Positions 18,763-28,019 of a DNA stretch of 64,000 nt are shown in pieces; position 1 is the first letter of the stretch, and every line of letters begins with the position of its first letter. The position numbers and the translations under genes were made by a program. The notes beneath the pieces are model-generated. The model did not search any database and was not told where the DNA came from. It saw only the letters and a program-made list of their open reading frames with translations. The DNA is from Atribacterota bacterium. Its GTDB lineage: Bacteria > Atribacterota > Phoenicimicrobiia > Phoenicimicrobiales > Stramentimicrobiaceae. The stretch spans positions 96,001-160,000 of the forward strand of contig JAXGNR010000006.1 of assembly GCA_040767965.1 (NCBI GenBank), written 5' to 3'.

Positions 18763-20295
18763 TTACTTTGATGAGAAAGATTTTTTAAATTTATTGACTA
18801 TTTTCCCACCAATTCCAGTAGTAAATACTAAACTTAAAATTATAACTACAACTAAAACTAGAGATATAGGCCTATCTAAAATTGCTGCTAAATTACCCCT
18901 GGAAAGCAACATTGCTCGCCGGAATTGGACATCAGCCATATTGCCAAGGATAATACCCAATACCAGAGGTGCCAGAGGGTATTCCAGCCAGCGAAAAATA
19001 AATGCCAATATTCCAATTACAATCATAACTTTCATGTCAAAATAACGCAAGTTAGCAGAATAAGCACCTATAACACAAAGAGGTACAATAATAGGCATTA
19101 ATATATCTCTTCGTATTTTTAGTAATGATATTAAAGGTCTTGCTAACAACAATCCAAAGACTAACATCGCTATTGAGGCAAATAACATTAAAATAAAAAC
19201 ATGATATGTAAAACCCGGGAACTCTTGTCTTAATAATGGCCCTGGTCTTACTCCATGAACCTGCATCGCTGCCATTATTAGAGCAGTACCCACACTTCCG
19301 GGAATACCAAGTGTTAAAATTGGTATTAAAGCTCCACCAATACAGGCATTATTTGCAGTTTCAGCAGCAACCACACCTTGATAATTTCCTTTTCCGAATG
19401 TTTCCGGTTCTTTAGAGGCACGTTTGGCCATATCATAGGCAATAAAAGAAGCAGTTGATTCACCCACTCCAGGAACAGCTCCAATAAATACCCCAATTAT
19501 TCCTGAACGGATTCCATTCCCGATATACTTAGTTAATGTGCTTAATTTCGGTATTATTGGTCCAATTTTTTGTGGGATAGAATAAGGGACTTTTTCTTTT
19601 AATACACCTATGATTTCTGAAATCCCAAATACTCCGATAAGCGCAGGAATGCTAAAAATACCGCCTAATAATTGAGAATTACCAAAAGTAAAACGAGGAA
19701 AATTATAAATCGGGTCTAGCCCAATAGTTGAAATAAATAAACCTATAAAACCTGCAATCCATCCTTTTATAGGCTGATCACTACTGCTAAGATTGCCGCA
19801 AATGGTAATCCCAAACACTGCCAGAAAGAAATATTCCCAGGCACCAACTGCTAAGGCAATTTTGTAAACAAGAGGGGTAAAAACAATTAAGGCAATAATA
19901 CCTATCATCATTCCGAAAAAAGATGTTATTGTGCCAACTCCAATTGCCAAACCTCCTTCTCCCTTTTTTGCTAAAGGGAAACCATCAAAAACAGTAGCAG
20001 CTGCCGAAGGAGTACCGGGAATGTTAATCATAATTGAGGCAATACAACCACCATAAATTGCCCCTACATAAATTCCAATTAAAAGAGCTATGGCAGTTGC
20101 AAAACCAAAATTGTAAGTGATTCCAATTAATAACGCCAAGGTCATAGTTGCTGTCATGCCTGGAATAGCACCCACTATGAGACCTATTAATGTTCCGCCC
20201 AATACAACTAAAATAATCCGAAAAGATATTTCTGCGGAAAACACCTGGACAAACAGAGCAATTTCTTCACCAATATTTTGAATTATAGATTCCAT
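18763..20295 (-). CDS. tctA: Tripartite tricarboxylate transporter large subunit
   Basis: GAIPGM, NIPGTP, AAETANNA, TLGIPGS and RPGP motifs; start MESIIQ after an AGGGGTG SD. Confidence 0.92.
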   Translation of the reverse strand: MESIIQNIGEEIALFVQVFSAEISFRIILVVLGGTLIGLIVGAIPGMTATMTLALLIGITYNFGFATAIALLIGIYVGAIYGGCIASIMINIPGTPSAAATVFDGFPLAKKGEGGLAIGVGTITSFFGMMIGIIALIVFTPLVYKIALAVGAWEYFFLAVFGITICGNLSSSDQPIKGWIAGFIGLFISTIGLDPIYNFPRFTFGNSQLLGGIFSIPALIGVFGISEIIGVLKEKVPYSIPQKIGPIIPKLSTLTKYIGNGIRSGIIGVFIGAVPGVGESTASFIAYDMAKRASKEPETFGKGNYQGVVAAETANNACIGGALIPILTLGIPGSVGTALIMAAMQVHGVRPGPLLRQEFPGFTYHVFILMLFASIAMLVFGLLLARPLISLLKIRRDILMPIIVPLCVIGAYSANLRYFDMKVMIVIGILAFIFRWLEYPLAPLVLGIILGNMADVQFRRAMLLSRGNLAAILDRPISLVLVVVIILSLVFTTGIGGKIVNKFKKSFSSK

Positions 20296-20320
20296 AAGAA
20301 TTAAATCACCCCTTCCGTAT

Positions 20321-20839
20321 TTATGGTAATGGAATATTAAATAATTTGTCGAAAATAAAAGAAATTGCAAATGAAGTACCGATAGAAATAATGAACAAAT
20401 TTAAGATTTTTACTTTTAGATAAAACATAATTGCAAATAAAAATATAAAAGTTGCTAAAGTAAAATGCATATGCTGTACAAAAAGAAAACCATAGATAAT
20501 TATCATACTGGTTATTATCAATATTCTTTTTAATATGGAAAAATCAACTATATCAGAAGCATGTTTAAAAAATTTTGAAATTTCCAGTATTGCCCCTCTT
20601 TTGATAGAATCAATTAAGAGAAGTATTCCGCATATGCCTATACTAGCTGTTACAACCATTGGAAATACGCCTGGTGCATCCAAAATATTATTATATACTC
20701 TCATATTTGAGGCAACTAAAAACAAAAAAGTGCAAACTCCTATTAAGAATATTGAAGAAATAAAATCTTTTGCGCTTATTTCCAATTCTCTATTTTTTTG
20801 ATCTTCAGTAATTTTTTCTTCCAAGTTAAGTCCCTCCAT
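20321..20839 (-). CDS. tctB: Tripartite tricarboxylate transporter small subunit
   Basis: PGVFP motif, 4-5 TM helices, C-terminal LFNIPLP; lies between tctC and tctA. Confidence 0.85.
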   Translation of the reverse strand: MEGLNLEEKITEDQKNRELEISAKDFISSIFLIGVCTFLFLVASNMRVYNNILDAPGVFPMVVTASIGICGILLLIDSIKRGAILEISKFFKHASDIVDFSILKRILIITSMIIIYGFLFVQHMHFTLATFIFLFAIMFYLKVKILNLFIISIGTSFAISFIFDKLFNIPLP

Positions 20840-20880
20840 AATCAATTCTTTTCGCTATCTAAAATATTTTAATACTTTAA

Positions 20881-20910
20881 AAAGGGACCTATTAAACAAT
20901 AGGTCCCTTT
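20881..20910 (-). terminator. Hairpin after tctC (partial terminator or mRNA stabiliser)
   Basis: AAAGGGACCTATT-AAAC-AATAGGTCCCTTT. Confidence 0.7.
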
Positions 20911-20941
20911 GATTATGAAATCAGTTCAGGGCAATCCTATT

Positions 20942-22030
20942 TTATTTTTCACCCTTCATCGGATATTGACTTGTGTCCCATCCTTCTGGAGGCCAGGTCC
21001 AATCTTCAGGACGAGGAATTCCGTATTCTGCTGGTGATACATCAATTTCCCCTGCTTCATATAATAGCCATGCCCAGTTTGATCTGGCAATAGACTGTAA
21101 TCTGTCAGCTTCTTCTCCAACAATGCCTGAAACCTGCAGTCCAACAGCTTCAGCTGCTTTCTGTACTGAAGGTTGTTCACAGGCATAAATGAATGCCTCT
21201 CTTATTTTATCTCTAATTTCTACAGGAATATCTCTTTTAACAAATATTGGCCAAGCTTTAATCAAATCATCTAAATAAGCTGCTTCAGAGCGAACTTGCC
21301 CTGCTGTTGGGGCAACATAAGGTTCGCCATTAGCAGGATGTACTTCAAGCCCTTCTTTTACTCCAAAGACTGTCAGTACTTTTAAATCACCTGATTCAAT
21401 AAATTCCCAGCCAGCTGATAAAGTAATAGGGGCAAATTTTACTTCCCCTCTTAAGACCGCCACAGCTGTAGGATGACAGCCACCATGGGGAACCCAGGTT
21501 CTATCTTTTGCACCAACACGTTTTGCGAATTCTTCTAAGTATATTTGAGTAGAAGTACCTACACCGGTTACTCCTATAATTGTTTCTTCATTTTGCATAT
21601 ATTCAATAAGATCTTCAATATCTTCAAACTCTGAATCACTGCGGACTACAACTCCATCAGGTCCATTCATGGTAAAGAGAGTTTCCCATTCTTCCCAGGT
21701 TGTATCTACAAGTCCTAATAATTGATGGGTAACAGCAACAGAGCTATTACCAGTTGCAAACCACCAATAACCATCAGCAGGGCGTTCTAAAACATATTCA
21801 CAGGCAACGGCACTTGAGGCGCCGTCCATGTTTACTACAGTTATTGGTCTTTCTAAATACTTTTCCATTTCTGCTATAAATGGTCTAACAGCAGTATCAG
21901 TACCTCCACCGGCAGCAAAGCCTACTACGCAGGTAGGTGAACGTTCTGGCCAATCAGCAGCCAGTACAACACTAGTAGCTAATAAAGATACAATTAATGT
22001 AATTATCATTATTAATGATAATTTTTTCAT
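20942..22030 (-). CDS. tctC: Tripartite tricarboxylate transporter substrate-binding protein (Bug/TctC)
   Basis: Signal peptide followed by WPER, GFAAGGGTD and PADGY motifs. Confidence 0.9.
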   Translation of the reverse strand: MKKLSLIMIITLIVSLLATSVVLAADWPERSPTCVVGFAAGGGTDTAVRPFIAEMEKYLERPITVVNMDGASSAVACEYVLERPADGYWWFATGNSSVAVTHQLLGLVDTTWEEWETLFTMNGPDGVVVRSDSEFEDIEDLIEYMQNEETIIGVTGVGTSTQIYLEEFAKRVGAKDRTWVPHGGCHPTAVAVLRGEVKFAPITLSAGWEFIESGDLKVLTVFGVKEGLEVHPANGEPYVAPTAGQVRSEAAYLDDLIKAWPIFVKRDIPVEIRDKIREAFIYACEQPSVQKAAEAVGLQVSGIVGEEADRLQSIARSNWAWLLYEAGEIDVSPAEYGIPRPEDWTWPPEGWDTSQYPMKGEK

Positions 22031-22426
22031 AAAAATTTACCTCCAAATTTAATATTGTTTTAAAATATTTTTTGTGCTAAATTATCACCTCCAATTATTT
22101 TATTTACCCAATAACCCTATCAACAAATATTTATATATAAAAACAAAGGGTTATTTAAGTACATTTAAAATTAATTAAGAATGTTTTATTTAACATCTTT
22201 ATTTGGGAAATGAAAAATAATTTAATGATTTGCAGTTTATGAAGAATTATAAGCAAGTAGTTGTTTTTTGTTGTTATATTATTCAAGAAATTTTGATTTT
22301 TAAAATACATTTAGCTCTCAATACCCTTGTGTAATTATTTATTTGATAAATGAAAGACTATTCAAAAAGTATCATATTACAAAAATTTTGTCAACTTAAG
22401 TATTCAGAAAAGAAGCCATATATCTA

Positions 22427-23416
22427 TCAGAAATTAAACACTTTCAATGCGGCAAAACTAACACTTGTCACAATAATTGTACCAATTATTCCTATTAGCA
22501 GTGGTTTAAATCCCAGTTTTTTAATGTAAGCAAAATCTGTTCCAAACCCTATACCTACCATACCCATCAAAATTAGAAATTTACCTATCTTCCCAAAGGC
22601 AGATATTCCTTCCGGAGTAAAAAAATCATTAGCTGCAAAAAAAGCCATTACTAAATAACCAAATAAAAACCAAGGGAAAGCACTTATAATAGCCTTTTTA
22701 CTTATCTGGTTTCTACCTGTTTCTTTTGTTTGAAAATTAAAAGAAATTAAAGCAGCTAATACAATCATAAACATATTTCTGGTAAATTTTACTATGGTTG
22801 CAATTTGACCTGCCCTTTCGCCATATATGTAACCAGTGCCAATAGTTTGGGGTGTATTATGCACAGCAGTCCCTGCCCAAACTCCAAAGAAAGTTTCATT
22901 AAGTCCTAATAATCTCCCAAGAAGTGGCATTGTTATTAATAAAAGAAAGGCAGATATAACTATAACACTAACAGCATAGCAGGTCTCCTCTTCTTTTGCT
23001 CTTATTAATGGAGATGTAATAGCAATAGCACTTCCTCCACAGATTGTAGTGCCTACTGCTAGCAACGTACTTAGCTTATCAGATAAACCAGCTTTTTTCG
23101 CTAACAGATATATTGAAAAAAATCCTACTATCATAGTTATTATTATAACCAGCAAGCTTAAAGGGATTTCCTGGGCAATTGTTAATGAAAACCCTGCCCC
23201 TAAAAAAATAATACCCCACATTAAAGGTGTTTCAAATTTTTTTAATACAAATAACCAGCTTTGCGGAAAAAGACCGACATTTCTAATTATCGCACCCAGA
23301 ATAATACCAATCATCATAGCTTCTACAGGATTAGTTCCTGCTATCACAATAATAGAAGATAGCCATCTTGAAATTATAGCTATTATGGCCATTACAATCC
23401 ATCCAATTATTAACAT
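22427..23416 (-). CDS. YeiH/UPF0324 putative sulfate exporter family membrane protein
   Basis: GTTICGGSAI, GVWAGTAVH..PQ, KFTRN and FPWFLFG motifs. Confidence 0.85.
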   Translation of the reverse strand: MLIIGWIVMAIIAIISRWLSSIIVIAGTNPVEAMMIGIILGAIIRNVGLFPQSWLFVLKKFETPLMWGIIFLGAGFSLTIAQEIPLSLLVIIITMIVGFFSIYLLAKKAGLSDKLSTLLAVGTTICGGSAIAITSPLIRAKEEETCYAVSVIVISAFLLLITMPLLGRLLGLNETFFGVWAGTAVHNTPQTIGTGYIYGERAGQIATIVKFTRNMFMIVLAALISFNFQTKETGRNQISKKAIISAFPWFLFGYLVMAFFAANDFFTPEGISAFGKIGKFLILMGMVGIGFGTDFAYIKKLGFKPLLIGIIGTIIVTSVSFAALKVFNF

Positions 23417-23490
23417 AATTTCTCCTTTATTATTGTTTTATTTTATAAATATAAAAATAAATAAAAAATTTATTTGAGATATTTATAATT

Positions 23491-24735
23491 TTACTGTGTC
23501 AAAACTTTTCTTATATCAGATTCAATATGGGCTAAATCACTTGTAGTTGCTTTATAATTATAAGAAGTAGAAAAGACACTTAAATCTTTTAATCCGGTAC
23601 CGGTTAAAAGTAAGACAACTGAGGCTTCTTTTTCAATCAATTGACTCTCTCTCAATTTTTTGACTGCATAGAGAGAGGTTGCTGTAGCAGGTTCAACAAA
23701 ATAACCGCCTTCCCCAAATTTCTGTTGCGCTACTATAATTTCCTCTTCAGTTACACTTTCTGCTAACCATTTGTATTGTTTTGTTTTTTGGATAATTTCA
23801 TCCCCACCCATAGGATTCCCGGAGGTAATTGCTTCAGCAATAGTATGGAAGTTTGAAAAAGGAATTATATGGCCTTTGTTTTGTTTAATTGCAGAAACTA
23901 TGGGGCTGTTATTCTCTGCTTGTACTACAATCATTCTGGGTAATTTTTTTATTAATCCGGCTTCAAATAATTCTCTATAACCCTTAAAAATACCTCTGAT
24001 ATGACCGCAAGCAGAAGTAGGAACCGCAATGTAGTCCGGTACTTGGTTTTGCAGCTGCTCAAACATCTCAAAAGCAGTTACTTTATACCCTTCAGTCCTA
24101 ATTGGACCATTACCGGAAACAATCCTCAACTTAACTTTTTTGGCCAGATTAAGTACAAATTTTTTCATTTCTGAATAATCATCAGCTCTGACCTTAAAAA
24201 CATTTGCACCATGAAAAAGCATGGGATAGATTTTCTCATCAGGAGTAAATTCTGGAACAAACACAATAACCTTTATTCCTGCTTTTGCACCATATGCAGC
24301 TATAGAATGGCCCATATTGCCAGAAGAAATGGTAGCAGTAAATTTTTCTCCCATTTTTTTAGCCATATACAAAGTAGTTAGAGATCCTCTGTCTTTAAAA
24401 CTCCAGGTAGGATTTTGGGTTTCATTTTTTAAGAATAAATTTTTTATTCCGGTAAATTCTTGTAATTTTTGATTGGCTATCAATAGGCTTGTATTTCCTT
24501 CACCCAAGTTCAATGTTTCATCTTTTTCTGAGAAAAGAAGAAAATCAGAAAATCTTTGCCAGATGGTTTCACCTTCTTTAATTTTAGCTTTTTTAATATC
24601 AGGTAATAATACTTCTAATGATTCTCCTTCATCTGTAAACTCTTCGATATAATCCAAGGGAAATATTTTGTTTGTTAAAGTAGAAATCAATACTGGTTGT
24701 TTCAAATAGATATCATCTTTATTGTTAAAATCCAA
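23491..24735 (-). CDS. thrC: Threonine synthase
   Basis: LGEGNT, NPTWSFKDRG (PLP Lys), SSGNMG, EPATA and LTGTGLK motifs; in the thr operon. Confidence 0.88.
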   Translation of the reverse strand: MDFNNKDDIYLKQPVLISTLTNKIFPLDYIEEFTDEGESLEVLLPDIKKAKIKEGETIWQRFSDFLLFSEKDETLNLGEGNTSLLIANQKLQEFTGIKNLFLKNETQNPTWSFKDRGSLTTLYMAKKMGEKFTATISSGNMGHSIAAYGAKAGIKVIVFVPEFTPDEKIYPMLFHGANVFKVRADDYSEMKKFVLNLAKKVKLRIVSGNGPIRTEGYKVTAFEMFEQLQNQVPDYIAVPTSACGHIRGIFKGYRELFEAGLIKKLPRMIVVQAENNSPIVSAIKQNKGHIIPFSNFHTIAEAITSGNPMGGDEIIQKTKQYKWLAESVTEEEIIVAQQKFGEGGYFVEPATATSLYAVKKLRESQLIEKEASVVLLLTGTGLKDLSVFSTSYNYKATTSDLAHIESDIRKVLTQ

Positions 24736-24764
24736 TATGAGCCTTCTTTCTGTTTAATAACTGT

Positions 24765-25766
24765 TTATTGTACAAGCAATTCTGCAATCTGAACTGCATT
24801 TAAGGCTGCCCCTTTTCTTAAATTATCCGCAACAACCCATATTGCTAATCCTGGATTGAAAACAAGGTCTTTTCTTATTCTGCCAACAAATACTTCATCT
24901 CTTCCTTCTGCATATAAAGAAAGCGGATAGCAATTATGTTCAGGGTCATCTATAACCTCAATGCCTGGGAAATTATTTAATAAACCCCTTGCTTCGCTTG
25001 GTTCAATTTCCTTTTCTGTTTCAATATGTATATCTTCAGCATGTGCTCTAAAAACAGGCACTCTGGCAGTTGTAGCAGAAACGTTAATATGATCTGCATG
25101 AAGAATTTTTCTTGTTTCATTGAGCATCTTTAATTCTTCAGTTGTATATCCATTTTTTTCAAAAGAACCAATATGTGGCAATACATTAAAGGCTATCTGA
25201 TGCGGATATTCTTTTATTACTAATTCTTTTCCTTGAGAAAAAGCTTCGGTTTGATTTTTTAATTCTAAAATAGCTTCTTTCCCAGTTCCAGAAACTGACT
25301 GATAAGTAGAACAGATTACTTTTTTAATACCTACTGCATCATAAATGGGTTTTAAAGCCACAACCATTTGAATGGTTGAACAGTTAGGATTAGCAATTAT
25401 CCCCTGATGCTTAAATACATCTTCTGGATTTACTTCTGGCACAACCAAGGGCACATTTGGATCCATTCGATAATATTTTCCATTATCAATTACCACACAG
25501 CCTGCTTGCACAGCTAAAGGAGCGAAGTGTTTACTTACTTCATCCCCACCTGAGAAAAGTGCAATATCAATGCCTTGAAAAGAATTGTCTTTTAATTCTT
25601 TCACAACAATTTTTTCATCTTTAAAAAAATATTCTTTTCCAGCAGAGCGATAAGAAGCAAAAAGGTTAATTTCATTTATTGGGAAATTTCTTTCCTCTAA
25701 AATACTGGCCATTTCTTCTCCAACAGCACCAGTTGCTCCCACAACTGCTATATTAAATCTTTTCAT
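24765..25766 (-). CDS. asd: Aspartate-semialdehyde dehydrogenase
   Basis: VVGATGAVG, ANPNCSTIQ (catalytic Cys), YQSVSGTG and DNLRKGAALNAVQIAE motifs. Confidence 0.96.
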   Translation of the reverse strand: MKRFNIAVVGATGAVGEEMASILEERNFPINEINLFASYRSAGKEYFFKDEKIVVKELKDNSFQGIDIALFSGGDEVSKHFAPLAVQAGCVVIDNGKYYRMDPNVPLVVPEVNPEDVFKHQGIIANPNCSTIQMVVALKPIYDAVGIKKVICSTYQSVSGTGKEAILELKNQTEAFSQGKELVIKEYPHQIAFNVLPHIGSFEKNGYTTEELKMLNETRKILHADHINVSATTARVPVFRAHAEDIHIETEKEIEPSEARGLLNNFPGIEVIDDPEHNCYPLSLYAEGRDEVFVGRIRKDLVFNPGLAIWVVADNLRKGAALNAVQIAELLVQ

Positions 25767-26256
25767 CCTCTAACCCCTCCTTTTCTAAATTAAATTCTTT
25801 ATGAACTGCATTTACAGCTTGAGCAATATTTCTTTGATGAATAAGACAGGATATTCTAGTTCCAGATGTACTTATCATATCTATATTAATATTATTACGG
25901 GCTAGAGCTTCAAACATACGGGCAGCAATCAAAGGGTCTGATGTAATTCCGGCACCAATAATAGATATTTTAGCTACTTCTTTATCTGATAATACTTCTG
26001 GAGATTTAAGTTCCTCTGCTACCTGTTTTGAGATGGTAATTGCTTTTTCCAAATCTTCAGAGGTTACTGTAAAAGCAATGTCATTAACTTTATTGTGTTC
26101 AGCACTCTGAATAATCATATCAACAACAATATTTTCACTAGCTAGAGCTTTAAACAGTTTAGCAGCAACTCCGGGAATATCCGGGACATTTTTTATAACT
26201 ATTTTCCCCACATCTATTTCATGGGTAACTGCTCTAACATGTACTTTTTCTAACAT
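25753..26256 (-). CDS. Predicted in-frame aspartokinase beta (regulatory ACT) subunit from an internal start, 167 aa
   Basis: GGGAGGAGATACCA-ATG at 26256, in frame and just before the ACT domains, as in alpha2beta2 aspartokinases. Confidence 0.7.
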   Translation of the reverse strand: MLEKVHVRAVTHEIDVGKIVIKNVPDIPGVAAKLFKALASENIVVDMIIQSAEHNKVNDIAFTVTSEDLEKAITISKQVAEELKSPEVLSDKEVAKISIIGAGITSDPLIAARMFEALARNNINIDMISTSGTRISCLIHQRNIAQAVNAVHKEFNLEKEGLEDEKI

Positions 26257-27915
26257 TGGTATCTCCTCCCTTGTTTGTACTATAGTACCGTTACCATTAT
26301 CAAAGCTTGATTTTACTAAAATGTCAACTCCATAATTTCTAGCAATATCAATTGCACGGTGATATAACACTTTGGCTCCCAAAATAGCCATTTCTGACAT
26401 TTCATCATGGGATATTTTTTTAATTTTGCGAGCTTCAGGAACCAAAACAGGGTCAGCAGTAAAAACACCGTCGACATCTGTATAAATCTCACATCGAACA
26501 GCATGCATTCTGGCTGCCAGGGCAATAGCTGTAGTATCAGAACCTCCTCTTCCTAAAGTTGTAATATTGCCCTGTTCGTCAACTCCTTGAAACCCGGCAA
26601 CGATAACTATTTTTCCTTGGTTTAAGGCTTCTTTTGTTCGATAGTGGTTAATACTGTTAATTCTTGCTTTGGTATATGAATTATTAGTAATAATTCCAGC
26701 CTGGCCACCTGTAAAAGAGATGGCTTGTTCCCCTAATGCCTGAATCGCCATTGCGACCAGGGCAATAGAAATTTGTTCCCCGGTAGAAAGCAGCATATCC
26801 ATTTCTCTTTTTCCAGGATTAGCTAGAATTTCGTTAGATTTTTTAATTAAATCATCTGTAGTATCACCCATTGCTGAAACAACAACAATCATCTGATTAC
26901 CTTTTCTAGCCTGCTCAACTACTTTTTGGGCAATCTTTTTTATTTTATCAGTATCAGAGATGGAACTACCGCCATATTTCTGGACAATAATTGAATTGAT
27001 TTTACTACTATCTTCAATTTTAGCACCATCTGTATCCGGGTCCAATATTTTTATTTGACTTTTCACTTCAGCTTGAGAAAAAGTCTTGCGCATAATTTTT
27101 ATAATTTCGTTTTCAGCACCTTCTTTTACTAATGATATAATTGTTGGTCCGGATCCACTTAAGGCAACTCCGGCAATACCGGTTTTTTGCACTTCAGAAA
27201 ATATATTTTTTGCTCCCTTGATAAAAGGCATTCGAAAAGGCTGATGAAGGCGGTCCTGCATTGCCTCAGGAATAAGGTCCCATTTTGATTGCTGCAAGGC
27301 ATTTACCAATAATGCAGATTTGCTTAAATTATCCACAGCATCTTGCAAAGATACCTGTTTAGGTAAAACTTTACGCATCTCTGCTGTACTCAATGTAAAA
27401 GAAGGTATACCAACAACTGCCCTCAAGTCATGAGGAATATCCAATTTTACCCATTTTATTTTATCATTACTATCTTTATAGGATATTGTAAATCCTCCAA
27501 TTAAAGCTGGAACAATATTATCGAGATGGTTTTCCAGCAGATAAGCCAATTGCAGGATTTCTTCTTTGCTTAAATTAATATCAAATAATCTACTGGCACC
27601 TAATATCCCTCCAATAATGGCTGACGCACTACTTCCTAAACCTCTGGCAATGGGTATTTCGTTTTTGATTGAAATTTTAATACCATTTTCAGCAGGATTT
27701 AAGCCGGCTTTTTCCATTGCCAGACAAGCAGCTTTATATATTAGATTGTCCTTTCCTTTAGAAATTATATCTGATCCTTCACCTTCAGCTTTAAAAACAA
27801 GTCCTTTCTTAATTTTTTCCATTTTAATGTCCAGGTATAAAGATAAAGCCATACCTAAACAATCAAAACCTGACCCTAAATTAGCAGTAGTGGCAGGTAC
27901 TCTTACTTTAATCAT
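25753..27915 (-). CDS. thrB-lysC: Homoserine kinase (ThrB)-aspartate kinase (LysC/Ask) fusion protein
   Basis: aa 1-~300 form a GHMP kinase (VPATTANLGSGFD, PIARGLGSS, QDRLHQP, SGSGPT). aa ~308-720 form an aspartokinase (VQKYGGSS, VVSAMGDTTD, TTLGRGGSD, two ACT domains). Single continuous frame. Confidence 0.92.
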   Translation of the reverse strand: MIKVRVPATTANLGSGFDCLGMALSLYLDIKMEKIKKGLVFKAEGEGSDIISKGKDNLIYKAACLAMEKAGLNPAENGIKISIKNEIPIARGLGSSASAIIGGILGASRLFDINLSKEEILQLAYLLENHLDNIVPALIGGFTISYKDSNDKIKWVKLDIPHDLRAVVGIPSFTLSTAEMRKVLPKQVSLQDAVDNLSKSALLVNALQQSKWDLIPEAMQDRLHQPFRMPFIKGAKNIFSEVQKTGIAGVALSGSGPTIISLVKEGAENEIIKIMRKTFSQAEVKSQIKILDPDTDGAKIEDSSKINSIIVQKYGGSSISDTDKIKKIAQKVVEQARKGNQMIVVVSAMGDTTDDLIKKSNEILANPGKREMDMLLSTGEQISIALVAMAIQALGEQAISFTGGQAGIITNNSYTKARINSINHYRTKEALNQGKIVIVAGFQGVDEQGNITTLGRGGSDTTAIALAARMHAVRCEIYTDVDGVFTADPVLVPEARKIKKISHDEMSEMAILGAKVLYHRAIDIARNYGVDILVKSSFDNGNGTIVQTREEIPMLEKVHVRAVTHEIDVGKIVIKNVPDIPGVAAKLFKALASENIVVDMIIQSAEHNKVNDIAFTVTSEDLEKAITISKQVAEELKSPEVLSDKEVAKISIIGAGITSDPLIAARMFEALARNNINIDMISTSGTRISCLIHQRNIAQAVNAVHKEFNLEKEGLEDEKI

Positions 27916-28019
27916 TTTAATGCTCCTTATCTGTAAAAAATGTCAGTAAAAATAATCCTTTTTTTCAAGACTGAGTTTATTTTATTGAATAATTATAAAA
28001 ATAAAAGTTTAACAAGTTT

